Source of the DNA: an uncultured Alphaproteobacteria bacterium
Lineage (GTDB): Bacteria > Pseudomonadota > Alphaproteobacteria > Sphingomonadales > Sphingomonadaceae
Assembly (NCBI GenBank): GCA_963829325.1
Contig: CAWHHN010000002.1
Location: 272,772 to 336,771, forward strand
Direction of reading: 5' to 3'
Length of the DNA: 64,000 bases
Below are positions 41,969 through 50,123 of this stretch, in pieces. How positions within the stretch are numbered: position 1 is the stretch's first letter; the number at the start of each line of letters is the position of its first letter. A program made the translations under genes and the position numbers. Under the pieces are notes generated by a model that searched no databases, was not told the DNA's origin, and saw nothing but the letters and a program-made list of their open reading frames with translations.

Positions 41969-42290
41969 TGCATCCTCATTAGGTTTCTAATCGGGACCAA
42001 GTTGGTAAGCGCGCTCCCATTCGCGGTCAAGCAAGCGGCGCCGATGGATCGGCGCGAGCATCCCCGCCCCGGCCAGCGGGCCGCAAAGACCCTTTGTCGA
42101 GGTGTGATATGGCGGCAACACCCGGGCACCCAAACTGGCCGAAATGTAACAAAAGCTTTGCATTGCGGGGGGCGCTGGGAGCACATGCCACGTTCCACAG
42201 GGGGGGTGCCCGAATGGATCCGCATTCCCTCCAGGAGTCCTTAGGAGTTCCGACCCCAGGGGCGGATCGATCAAAAGAGGGATTATCAGA

Positions 42291-45200
42291 GTGAAACTCC
42301 AAACTTATTTCAAAGCCAGCACGGCTCCCGCCGTCCTCGGCCTTGCCCTGCTCTCGCAGCCGGTGCTGGCCCAGGCCACAGATGACGAACCCGGCGTCCA
42401 GCCTGCTGCCGGCGTCGATGGCGACGAGCTCGGCACTTCAGGCCAGGCCATCGTGGTCACCGGCTCGCGCATCAAGCAGCCGAACCTCGAGTCGGCCAGC
42501 CCGGTTACCGTGATCGGCTCCGAGGAGATTACCCAGACCGGAACGACCCGCGTCGAGGATCTCGTAAACTCGCTTCCGCAAGTATTCGCCGGACAGGGTT
42601 CGACTATCGCGAATGGTGCGACCGGCACCGCCACGCTCAACCTGCGCGGCCTCGGTTCGGAGCGCACCCTCGTGCTCGTCAACGGCCGTCGTCTCGTCCC
42701 GGGTGATCCGACCACTTCGGCTGCCGACATCAACGTCATCCCGGCAGCAATGATCGAACGCGTCGACGTGCTGACCGGCGGTGCCTCTTCCGTGTACGGT
42801 GCCGATGCCGTGGCCGGCGTCGTCAACTTCGTGATGGACACCGACTTCGAAGGCTTCAAGCTCGACACCCAGTATTCCGTCTACAACCACGATAACCGCA
42901 ACCGGAGCGTCTACACCGATCCGCTCGATGCGCGCGGCTTCGGCTATCCGCGTGGCTTGGTCACCGATGGCGGCACCTTCGACGCCACGCTTTCCTTCGG
43001 TGCCGGCTTCGACGATGGCCGCGGACACGTGATGGGCTATCTCGGCTACCGCAAGATCGATCCGATTACGCAGAACAAGCGCGATTATTCGGCCTGCGCC
43101 CTCTCCGCGGCGGCAGCGGGTGGCTACACCTGCGGCGGCTCGGCCACTTCGCCGACCGGGACGCTTTTCTACTACGACGATTTCGACGACACGACCGACC
43201 TCGTCGGCGGCGGTCCTGATGGTGATCAGCCGGACGGTGTCGCGGATTCGTTCACGTCGACCATTGGCCAGTTCGGCCCCAACCGGACGCTTTTGCCCGG
43301 ATTTACGCCTTACAACTTCGCCCCGCGGAACTATTACCAGCGGCCTGACGAGCGTTATGTCGCCGGTGTCTTCGCCGATTACGAGATCTCGCCCGCGCTG
43401 AAGCCCTACATGGAATTCATGTTCATGGACGACCGTACGGTCGCCCAGATCGCGGAATCCGGCGACTTCGGCAACACGGTGTCGATCAACTGTGACAACC
43501 CTCTGCTCGGCCCGGACCAGTTGGCTCAGATCTGCGACGACGAGAACCTTCTCGTCAGTCCGCTCGCGATCGATGCCTTCACCACCGTCGGCAACGTTGC
43601 AGCAGAAAATGCCGCGCGCGCCGCTCGCAACATCGGTGAACCACTACTGCCGACCACGCCGTACCAGTTTGGTTCCGCCGGCAGCCAGTATACCCGTGGC
43701 TTCGCGCAGATCCTGCGTCGTAACGTCGAAGGCGGTCCGCGTCAGGACGACCTTCAGCACACCAGCTATCGTGCGGTTCTGGGCATGCGCGGCGACATCG
43801 ATCCAGTGTGGTCGTATGACGCGTACTACCTCTATGGACGTACCAACTTTGCTCAGACCTATCTGAACGATTTCTCGGTTACGCGCCTGACCCGTGCGCT
43901 CGACGTCGTCGACGATCCGAACACCCCCGGTGTTCTCGATCCGGTATGTCGTTCGGCAATCGATGGCACCGATCCGAATTGCGTGCCTTACAACATCTTC
44001 TCGCCCGGTAGTGCTGCTCCTTCGCAGGCAGCGATCGACTACCTGTCGACCCCCGGCTTCTCGCGCGGGATCGTCAGCGAGCAGGTGGCCTCGGCCTATG
44101 TGTCGGGTTCGCTCGGCAACTACGGCCTTCAGAGCCCGTGGTCGTCCGAAGGCATCGGGCTCGTGTTCGGCGCGGAATACCGCAAGGAACGGCTGGAATT
44201 CCAGTCGGACGTCGCATTCCAGACCGGCGATCTCGCGGGTCAGGGAGCACCGACCTTGCCGGTGAACGGCTCGTTCGACGTGAAGGAATTCTTCACCGAA
44301 GCCCGTATCCCGATCGTCCAGGACGGTTTCCTGTACGACTTCTCGATCACCGGCGGTTATCGCTATTCGGACTACAGCACCGGCGCGACCACCGATACCT
44401 ACAAGATCGAGGGTGAACTTGCTCCGACCCGGGACATCCGCCTCCGCGGCGGATACAACCGTGCGGTGCGTGCGCCCACGGTGCAGGATCTCTTCGCTCC
44501 GCAGCGTGTCGCACTCGACGGTTCGACCGATCCGTGCGCGGGCACTTCGGATAGTCCGCACGGCCCGATCACTTCGAGCGATATCGGCTGCCTCGCCAGC
44601 GGTTTGACCGTTGGTCAGGTGGTCGCTCCGAACCCGGCGGCACAGTACAACGGCCTGATCGGTGGCAACCCCGATCTCGTGCCGGAAATTGCCGATACCT
44701 ACACCGTGGGTGTGGTGCTTACGCCGACGTTCCTGCCCGGGTTCAGTGCCTCGGTCGACTACTTCAACATCAAGGTTGAAGGCGCGATCCAGGGCATCGG
44801 TGCCGATACGATCCTCGAGCAGTGCGATCTCGATACGGCCGACGCGTACTTCTGCAGCCTCGTCAATCGCGATGCTTCGGGTTCGCTCTGGCGCTCGTCG
44901 AACGGTTTTGTGACCGATCTGTCGCAGAACATCGGCAAGCTTGCGACCTCGGGCGTCGACGTGCAGGCAGCTTACGGTCGTCAGATCGGCAGCGCCGGTC
45001 GTCTGAACCTGTCCTTCGTCGGTACCTGGCTCGACTCGAACCGGTTCAACCCGGGCGTACCGGGCCTCGAGGACACCGAATGCGTCGGGACCTACGGCAA
45101 CGTCTGCGGTACGCCGACTCCCGAGTGGCGTCACCAGGCTCGCGTTGGCTTCGACTTCGCCAACGGCGTCGGGGCTTCGGTCCGCTGGCGTCACTTCGGC

Positions 45201-45464
45201 TCGGTCGTGGTCGACAATCTGTCGGCGACCACACAGCCGGGCATCGCCGGTTTCGACGCCCAGAACTATATCGACCTGGCATTCACCTACGAGATCGGAG
45301 ATCACTACAACTTCCGTCTCGGGGCGAACAACGTCTTCGACAAGGAACCGCCGATCACGGGTTCGCAGGCTTGCCCTGCCGGATTCTGCAACGGCAACAC
45401 CTACTCGCAGGTGTACGACGCCTTGGGTCGTTATCTCTATGCTGGCGTGACGCTTGAGTTCTAA
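42291..45464 (+). CDS. TonB-dependent receptor (Cys-rich loops), TBDR1
   Basis: Signal peptide, TonB box IVVTGSRI, NLRGLG..RTLVLVNGRR, ERVDVLTGGASSVYGADAVAGVVN, C-terminal LEF. Confidence 0.96.
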   Translation: MKLQTYFKASTAPAVLGLALLSQPVLAQATDDEPGVQPAAGVDGDELGTSGQAIVVTGSRIKQPNLESASPVTVIGSEEITQTGTTRVEDLVNSLPQVFAGQGSTIANGATGTATLNLRGLGSERTLVLVNGRRLVPGDPTTSAADINVIPAAMIERVDVLTGGASSVYGADAVAGVVNFVMDTDFEGFKLDTQYSVYNHDNRNRSVYTDPLDARGFGYPRGLVTDGGTFDATLSFGAGFDDGRGHVMGYLGYRKIDPITQNKRDYSACALSAAAAGGYTCGGSATSPTGTLFYYDDFDDTTDLVGGGPDGDQPDGVADSFTSTIGQFGPNRTLLPGFTPYNFAPRNYYQRPDERYVAGVFADYEISPALKPYMEFMFMDDRTVAQIAESGDFGNTVSINCDNPLLGPDQLAQICDDENLLVSPLAIDAFTTVGNVAAENAARAARNIGEPLLPTTPYQFGSAGSQYTRGFAQILRRNVEGGPRQDDLQHTSYRAVLGMRGDIDPVWSYDAYYLYGRTNFAQTYLNDFSVTRLTRALDVVDDPNTPGVLDPVCRSAIDGTDPNCVPYNIFSPGSAAPSQAAIDYLSTPGFSRGIVSEQVASAYVSGSLGNYGLQSPWSSEGIGLVFGAEYRKERLEFQSDVAFQTGDLAGQGAPTLPVNGSFDVKEFFTEARIPIVQDGFLYDFSITGGYRYSDYSTGATTDTYKIEGELAPTRDIRLRGGYNRAVRAPTVQDLFAPQRVALDGSTDPCAGTSDSPHGPITSSDIGCLASGLTVGQVVAPNPAAQYNGLIGGNPDLVPEIADTYTVGVVLTPTFLPGFSASVDYFNIKVEGAIQGIGADTILEQCDLDTADAYFCSLVNRDASGSLWRSSNGFVTDLSQNIGKLATSGVDVQAAYGRQIGSAGRLNLSFVGTWLDSNRFNPGVPGLEDTECVGTYGNVCGTPTPEWRHQARVGFDFANGVGASVRWRHFGSVVVDNLSATTQPGIAGFDAQNYIDLAFTYEIGDHYNFRLGANNVFDKEPPITGSQACPAGFCNGNTYSQVYDALGRYLYAGVTLEF

Positions 45465-45486
45465 GCACCACACCGATTAGACAGGG

Positions 45487-45520
45487 AATGGCGGGCCTTC
45501 GGGTCCGCCATTTTCGTTTT
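45487..45520 (+). terminator. Intrinsic terminator/attenuator after TBDR1
   Basis: AATGGCGGGCC-TTCG-GGTCCGCCATT followed by TTCGTTTT. Confidence 0.85.
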
Positions 45521-45524
45521 GACG

Positions 45525-47099
45525 ATGCTCGACCCTGGAGAGGGAAATGATTTTTGCCGTGGATCATCCCACTTGAGCCGGGAAGCCACATCGATCTCGC
45601 TTCGCTCGGTATCGCCAAGCGATCCGGTGCGAGCTTTCCGCGCGGGACTGGCAGCTCTTCATGCGGATGACGCGGAGATCCTGCTGCCTTTTGCCCGCGA
45701 CTGGGCCGAAAAGTCGCCGCGCGATCCACGGCTTCAGCAATTGCTCGGTCTCGCCGCGCGCAGTGCGGGCGACAGCGCCACCGCATGGAAAGCCTTTGCC
45801 GAGGCCGCCGCTCTGGCCCCGGGCGATCCACTCATCGCACACTCCCGCGCCCGAACGGCGCTCGAGGCAGGGCACTTATCGGTCGACCTGTTCGACCGCG
45901 CGGCGGTACTGGCCCCGCGCGACGGTTCGGTCCTTCTCGGAAAGGCTGCTGCCCTCTTGCAGGACCATGGCCCCGAAGAGGCGACCTCTTTCCTTTGCGA
46001 ACTGATCCGCAGCAATCCCGGATGGATCGACGGCCAACGGAGCCTTGCGCATCTACTTGGCCAGATGGGTGAGTGCCCCGTCAGCGAAATCGACCGCGCG
46101 CTCGGACGATTCCCGGATAATGAAGAATTGAGCCGGCTGAAGATCGGTATCCTGCTGGAAGCGCGCTTGCACGAGCGCGCCGCCGCCGCTTGCGAGATGT
46201 CCTTGGGCAGATTGGGACAACGCCGTTGGCTGGTGCTGCTCGCTGCCCATACAGCATCGGAGCTCGGCCGGCTGGAAGAGGCCGACACGCTCTTCACCCA
46301 GTGCGGGAATCCTCAAAACGTCGAGGAAGTCGGAACGGTCGCACGCCATCTTCTGCGCGCCCAGCGGCCGGTGGAGGCCTGCTCCTCTGTCGAGCCCTGG
46401 ATCGCAGAGGACTGCGACAACCTCCTCTGGCCATACCTTTCGCTCGCTTGGCGAATCACCGGCGACGACCGTTGGCGATGGCTGGAAGGCGACGAGCGAC
46501 TGGTCGGCACTTACGATCTCACCGGCACGCACGGCGATCTGTCCGCTATCGCCGATCACGTCCGCGACCTCCATTTCGCAAAGGCACCGCCTCTGGATCA
46601 GTCGGTACGCGGCGGAACCCAGACCGACGGCAACCTTCTTCTCCGCGACGAGCCGCCGATCGTCGCATTGCGTGCAGCGATCCGCGAGGCAGTCGCTGCG
46701 CATATCGAAGCGCTTCCCGAGCCGGACGACCTGCATCCCACCCTGCTGCGCGACCGCCATCCGCAGCGTATCGCCGGTTCGTGGTCCGTCCGGCTCACCG
46801 GAGCCGGCTTCCACGCCGATCACGTTCACTCGCAAGGTTGGTTCAGTTCTGCCTTCTATCTCACCGTTCCGGAAGCGCCCCCTGGAGATGCGGGGTCGCA
46901 GAACACTGCGGGATGGCTCAGCCTGGGCGAATGCCGCGAGCTGGTCACCGATCTCGCTCCTTCGCGGATGATCGAGCCCAAGCCGGGCCTTTTGGTGCTC
47001 TTTCCATCAACAATGTGGCATGGTACTCGCGCTTTTCCTTCGGGCGAGCGGATGACCGTTGCATTCGACATCGCCCGGCCAAGCCAGAAAAATCGGTGA
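45525..47099 (+). CDS. TPR-repeat protein with C-terminal putative 2OG-Fe(II) oxygenase (start uncertain)
   Basis: Helical TPR-like N-half; QSVRGGTQT, WSVRL..GFHADHVHSQGWFSSAFYL, VLFPSTMWHGT, RMTVAFD; no signal peptide. Confidence 0.85.
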   Translation: MLDPGEGNDFCRGSSHLSREATSISLRSVSPSDPVRAFRAGLAALHADDAEILLPFARDWAEKSPRDPRLQQLLGLAARSAGDSATAWKAFAEAAALAPGDPLIAHSRARTALEAGHLSVDLFDRAAVLAPRDGSVLLGKAAALLQDHGPEEATSFLCELIRSNPGWIDGQRSLAHLLGQMGECPVSEIDRALGRFPDNEELSRLKIGILLEARLHERAAAACEMSLGRLGQRRWLVLLAAHTASELGRLEEADTLFTQCGNPQNVEEVGTVARHLLRAQRPVEACSSVEPWIAEDCDNLLWPYLSLAWRITGDDRWRWLEGDERLVGTYDLTGTHGDLSAIADHVRDLHFAKAPPLDQSVRGGTQTDGNLLLRDEPPIVALRAAIREAVAAHIEALPEPDDLHPTLLRDRHPQRIAGSWSVRLTGAGFHADHVHSQGWFSSAFYLTVPEAPPGDAGSQNTAGWLSLGECRELVTDLAPSRMIEPKPGLLVLFPSTMWHGTRAFPSGERMTVAFDIARPSQKNR

Positions 47100-47107
47100 C
47101 TGCCTGG

Positions 47108-48985
47108 ATGTCTTCCGTCGTTTCCGCCCCTCCCCGAGCCCTCGCCGACGCCATCCGGCTGATGCGATCCGGCGATCTTGCGGCTGCCTTGCGGACAGCC
47201 GAGGGCGCTCTTGCCGATGCTTCCGATCGGGCGCCATTTCTGGCGCTGGCCAGCCTTGCTGCACTTCGCCTGGGGAAAGCCGCGGAGGCAGTGCCTCATC
47301 TGCGCGAACTCACTACCCTCCACCCTGACGACAAGGCAAGTCGCAACAATTTCGTCACCGCGCTTGCCGAAGCAGGCGAAATTGACGAAGCGCTGGCGCT
47401 TGCCGCGGGCTCGAAAGAACCGGCTCTTGCGCGGGTGGAAGGCCACATCCACCAACAGAGGGGCGAGCTCGACCTGGCCGCCGCTGCCTATCAGCGGGCG
47501 CTAGATGGGGATCCCAACGATCTGACCAGCGTCAACAATCTCGGCAACGTTCTGACCTCGCTCGAGCGGTTCGACGATGCCATCCATGCGTTCGAACGTG
47601 CCATCTCGCTGGCTCCGGCGGATGTTCCCATCTATCTCAATCTTGCCGAGACCCTGCGCATCGCCGACCGTCCGGGGCCGCGGGTGAAGGTCCTAATGGA
47701 TGCGCTGGCCATCGCACCGACGAACCTGCGCGTCCTGACCGACCTGGGAATGGCCCAAGCGCACAACGACGAAATCGATCAGGCGATGGAAACATTGCGC
47801 CGCGCCATGGCGCTGGCAGACGGTTTCAGCGAAGCGCATATCGAATATGGAATGCTCCTCGAAAGCTTGAACCGCACGGACGAGCTTGCCGATCTTGTCC
47901 GCAGCTTCAAACGCGAAGACGCCCCGCCCGAAGCCGCCTATCTCATAGCTTGGGACGCTCGGCGAGCAGGCGATTTCGAAGAGGCCTCACGGATCGCCGA
48001 AGTGATCCCCGACTCCGTCAATCCGATGCGCCGCTGGCAGCTGGTCGGCGGGATCGCCGACCGGATGGAAGATGCCGCGAAAGCGTTTTTGGCGTTCGAG
48101 CGGATGAACGCCGCCGCGCTGGTCGACGCGCGCGCCGAGGTCGGCCCCACCTATCGCGAGAGGGTCGAAACCCAGTTGCGTAACTGGACCCCGTCCTGGG
48201 CCGCAAGCTGGAGCGATCTCGCACCGTCTGACGACGGGTTGAAGGATCCTGTGTTCCTCGTCGGTTTTCCGCGCTCCGGAACGACGCTGCTCGATACCAT
48301 GCTGATGGGTCTTCCCGAGCTGAGCGTGCTGGAGGAACGTCCGATGATGGCGCGGGTAGCGCGAAGCGCAGCCGACGAAACGCTGCCCACGATGACGCCC
48401 GCCCGCATCGCCGAACTGCGCAGCACCTATTTCGCCGCGGCGCGCGAGTTCGGCTGGGACGAGACAAGATGGCTGGTCGACAAGCATCCCCTGAACATGC
48501 AGCGCGTCCCGCTCATCAGGCGCATCTTCCCGAACGCCCGTATCATCCTGGCAGAGCGCCATCCCTACGACGTGGTGCTGAGCTGCTTCATGGCGAACTT
48601 CACCCTCAATCACGCCATGCGCAGCTTCACTTCGCTCGACGAAGGCGCCCGCACCTATGATGCCGTGTGGCGGGCCTGGAGCAAGGGCGTGGAGCTTTTC
48701 CCGGTCGATTGGCAGGCGGTGAGATATGAGCGGCTGGTCGACGACCCGCGCGCCGAACTCGAACCGCTGGTCGAGTGGCTGGGACTCGAATGGAATCCCC
48801 GGCTACTCGAACACACCGATATCGCGCGCGAACGCGGTCAGGTCCGGACCGCAAGCTATTCCCAGATCGGCGAGCAGCTCTACACCCGCGCGCGCTACCG
48901 CTGGCGTCGCTATAGCGAGCACCTCGCGCCGGTCATGCCGATCCTCAGGCCGTGGGCAGAGCGGCTCGGTTACGAAACCGCCTAG
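47108..48985 (+). CDS. TPR-repeat sulfotransferase (Sulfotransfer_3/TPST-like)
   Basis: TPRs (NNLGNVL); PAPS-binding PVFLVGFPRSGTTLL, DKHPLN, RHPYDVVLSCF, VRTASYSQ; no signal peptide. Confidence 0.9.
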   Translation: MSSVVSAPPRALADAIRLMRSGDLAAALRTAEGALADASDRAPFLALASLAALRLGKAAEAVPHLRELTTLHPDDKASRNNFVTALAEAGEIDEALALAAGSKEPALARVEGHIHQQRGELDLAAAAYQRALDGDPNDLTSVNNLGNVLTSLERFDDAIHAFERAISLAPADVPIYLNLAETLRIADRPGPRVKVLMDALAIAPTNLRVLTDLGMAQAHNDEIDQAMETLRRAMALADGFSEAHIEYGMLLESLNRTDELADLVRSFKREDAPPEAAYLIAWDARRAGDFEEASRIAEVIPDSVNPMRRWQLVGGIADRMEDAAKAFLAFERMNAAALVDARAEVGPTYRERVETQLRNWTPSWAASWSDLAPSDDGLKDPVFLVGFPRSGTTLLDTMLMGLPELSVLEERPMMARVARSAADETLPTMTPARIAELRSTYFAAAREFGWDETRWLVDKHPLNMQRVPLIRRIFPNARIILAERHPYDVVLSCFMANFTLNHAMRSFTSLDEGARTYDAVWRAWSKGVELFPVDWQAVRYERLVDDPRAELEPLVEWLGLEWNPRLLEHTDIARERGQVRTASYSQIGEQLYTRARYRWRRYSEHLAPVMPILRPWAERLGYETA

Positions 48986-49009
48986 GCATCTCGGCGCGGC
49001 GAAGGACGC

Positions 49010-49300
49010 TCAGTTGCCTTCCTTCCAGCGCGCCGCCTGAGCTTTTTCGAGCGTTTGCCGGAGGATCGCCTGTTCGGCCGCCCATTGGCGCTTGGTCTGG
49101 CAGCGCTTGGCCGCCTTGAGGCGCGAGCCGGTCGCCTTTGCGGACTTGCAGACGATCTTGTCCATATCCGGGTCGGCTCCCTCGTCTGCCGTCGCCGTCG
49201 CGTCGGCCGGGTCGGCGGGCTTTGCGGGCTCCCCGGCCCAGGCGGTCGAAGCGGCGCTCAGGGCCAATGCGGAAATGAGCAGCTGCGCAGCGCGTTTCAT
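49010..49300 (-). CDS. Small secreted two-Cys protein
   Basis: Signal peptide ending AWA; IVCKSAKATGSRLKAAKRCQTKRQW; ATG 49300 with GGAG Shine-Dalgarno. Confidence 0.75.
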   Translation of the reverse strand: MKRAAQLLISALALSAASTAWAGEPAKPADPADATATADEGADPDMDKIVCKSAKATGSRLKAAKRCQTKRQWAAEQAILRQTLEKAQAARWKEGN

Positions 49301-49458
49301 CGGATAAGTCTCCATCGACGATAAGAAAAAGATGCCGGCAGGATACCCTAGCGCGGGCTCCAGGTCCAATTTCTTCGGGAGAGGCCCTCCCCCACTGGAT
49401 TTCGCCGGTGGAGGGGATATGGTCGGGCGCCTCGACGCCAGCAAGGGAGAGGAACAAG

Positions 49459-50025
49459 ATGACCGGAAGGACACGTGTGCGCATCGGGACCATGATGGCG
49501 ATTGCGGTTCCAATGGCGATCTTCGCGAGCACGCCTGCGCTTTCGCAAGATGGCCAGGCGGCTCCCAAGGCCAATGGCTACCTCGAATCGCTGAAGGCAT
49601 GTCAACGACTGTCCGAGCCCGGAGCGCGGCTGTCGTGCTTCGATTCAGCCGCTGCTACGATGGTCGAGGCGAGCGAGGCCGGCGATATGAAGATCGTCGA
49701 TCGCCAGGATGTCCGCGAGACGCGACGCAAGCTGTTCGGCTTCTCGCTGCCCGATCTGGGCATCTTCGGCGGGGGCGACGACAAGCAGGATGAGGAAGAC
49801 GAATTCGAGCAGATCGAGACGACCATCGCCGCGGTCTCGGGCTCCCATGCGACCGGCTACCTGCTGCGTACCGCGGAGGGCGCCGTCTGGCGGATCGACG
49901 ACGTGCCGCGGCGCCTGCTCACCCCCGAGGTCGGCGACAAGCTGCTGATCAAGAATGGCGCGCTGACCTCTTTTTTCCTTCGCATCAACGACAGAGGCGG
50001 CGTCAAGGGCGTGCGGGTCAGGTGA
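49459..50025 (+). CDS. Secreted hypothetical protein with N-terminal Cys pair and beta-rich C-terminus
   Basis: Signal-like N-terminus; ACQRLSEPGARLSCFD; RETRRKLFGF; GAGGA Shine-Dalgarno before ATG 49459. Confidence 0.72.
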   Translation: MTGRTRVRIGTMMAIAVPMAIFASTPALSQDGQAAPKANGYLESLKACQRLSEPGARLSCFDSAAATMVEASEAGDMKIVDRQDVRETRRKLFGFSLPDLGIFGGGDDKQDEEDEFEQIETTIAAVSGSHATGYLLRTAEGAVWRIDDVPRRLLTPEVGDKLLIKNGALTSFFLRINDRGGVKGVRVR

Positions 50026-50071
50026 GCTTCGCGTTCCGTCCGGACTGATTCCACCTAGTCCCGACACGAGA

Positions 50072-50103
50072 ACGCCCGGCGTGCTGTCCAGCGCGCCGGG
50101 CGT
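50072..50103. terminator. Hairpin between convergent genes (probable bidirectional terminator)
   Basis: 14-bp stem ACGCCCGGCGTGCT-GTCC-AGCGCGCCGGGCGT. Confidence 0.65.
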
Positions 50104-50123
50104 CTTCGGTTTTGTTGGACGTG

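Noticed and set aside
42000-42290. Possible riboswitch or ncRNA upstream of TBDR1
   Set aside because: Only short inverted repeats (GGGCACCC/GGGTGCCC); no cobalamin, TPP or other recognisable consensus
46190-47107. N-terminal extension of the sulfotransferase ORF
   Set aside because: Arg/Pro-rich alternate-frame text overlapping the oxygenase; start placed at 47108
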